Assembly (NCBI RefSeq): GCF_036321535.1
Contig: NC_087438.1
Span: 11,348,001 to 11,412,000 of the forward strand
Direction of reading: 5' to 3'
DNA length: 64,000 bases
Source: Camelus dromedarius
Taxonomy: Eukaryota
Shown here: positions 63,588-64,000 of the stretch, piece after piece
Layout of the letters: every line of letters begins with the position of its first letter
Position numbering within the stretch: the first letter of the stretch is position 1
Made by a program: the position numbers and the translations under genes
The notes under the pieces: model-generated
Seen by the model: the letters and a program-made list of their open reading frames with translations, nothing else
What the model was told of the DNA's origin: nothing
Databases searched by the model: none

Positions 63588-64000
63588 CTGTTTCTGTTAT
63601 TTGAGGTTCTCCCTTTGGTCCCTGCTTCTGTCTCCCAGCAACCTGTCCAATCCATCAGATATCAAATGGGTGCCTATTTAGTCAAGGTTCTTTCCAGAGG
63701 CATAAAAATCAAAGTTTAAAATTTCTAAAGCCTCAGTCTTCAAAGAAATGTCAAGATGGACTCAGTAATGATAGCAGAGGGCAGAATGCTTCCAGTGCCA
63801 AGCAATCAAAAGAGTCATCAGTTTGACTAAAGAGCCTTAAGATTCTTCTAACTTCGAGTGAAATAAAAAGCTTTGGAACCTCAAGGGAGATTGTATGTCA
63901 ATTGAACAGCTGAACCCTTCCTAGAGATGGTGGCCTTTCAAACTGAAGGCTGAGGAGGATGTAGACAGGAGGGGATGTGAGTCAGAACATGCTCAGCAGT

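Noticed and set aside
1..64000. Naming the host gene
   Set aside because: No exon translation matched a protein I recognise, so I give no gene symbol. A BLAT to a camelid or human assembly would settle the locus.

Overview
Mammalian genomic DNA, non-coding and repeat-rich (intronic or intergenic). It is most likely from a camelid: the young SINEs are tRNA-Ala-derived (GGGGAGGGTATAGCTCAG...CTTAGCATG...GGTTCAATCCCCAG, Vic-1 type), and I recognised no Alu, BovB/Bov-tA or PRE-1. I found no intact protein-coding gene. The only ORFs with clear protein homology are broken L1 ORF2 C-terminal pieces and a decayed MULE/Mutator-type transposase. Much of the window is interspersed repeats: young and old L1s, L2, MIR, MaLR/ERVL/ERV1 solo LTRs, and hAT, Tigger and MULE DNA-transposon fossils. 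The most notable signals are: a MULE fossil with TIRs and TSD nested in an L2; two 5'-inverted (twin-primed) L1 insertions with TSDs; an L1-in-L1 nest; a perfect ChoRE-type double E-box next to a GC box; a strong RFX X-box with CCAAT; CTCF motifs; and a few low-confidence minus-strand exon candidates. I see no convincing evidence of a wholly new biological system. Repeat family names come from my recall of consensus sequences, not from a database search, and boundaries are approximate unless a TSD is given.
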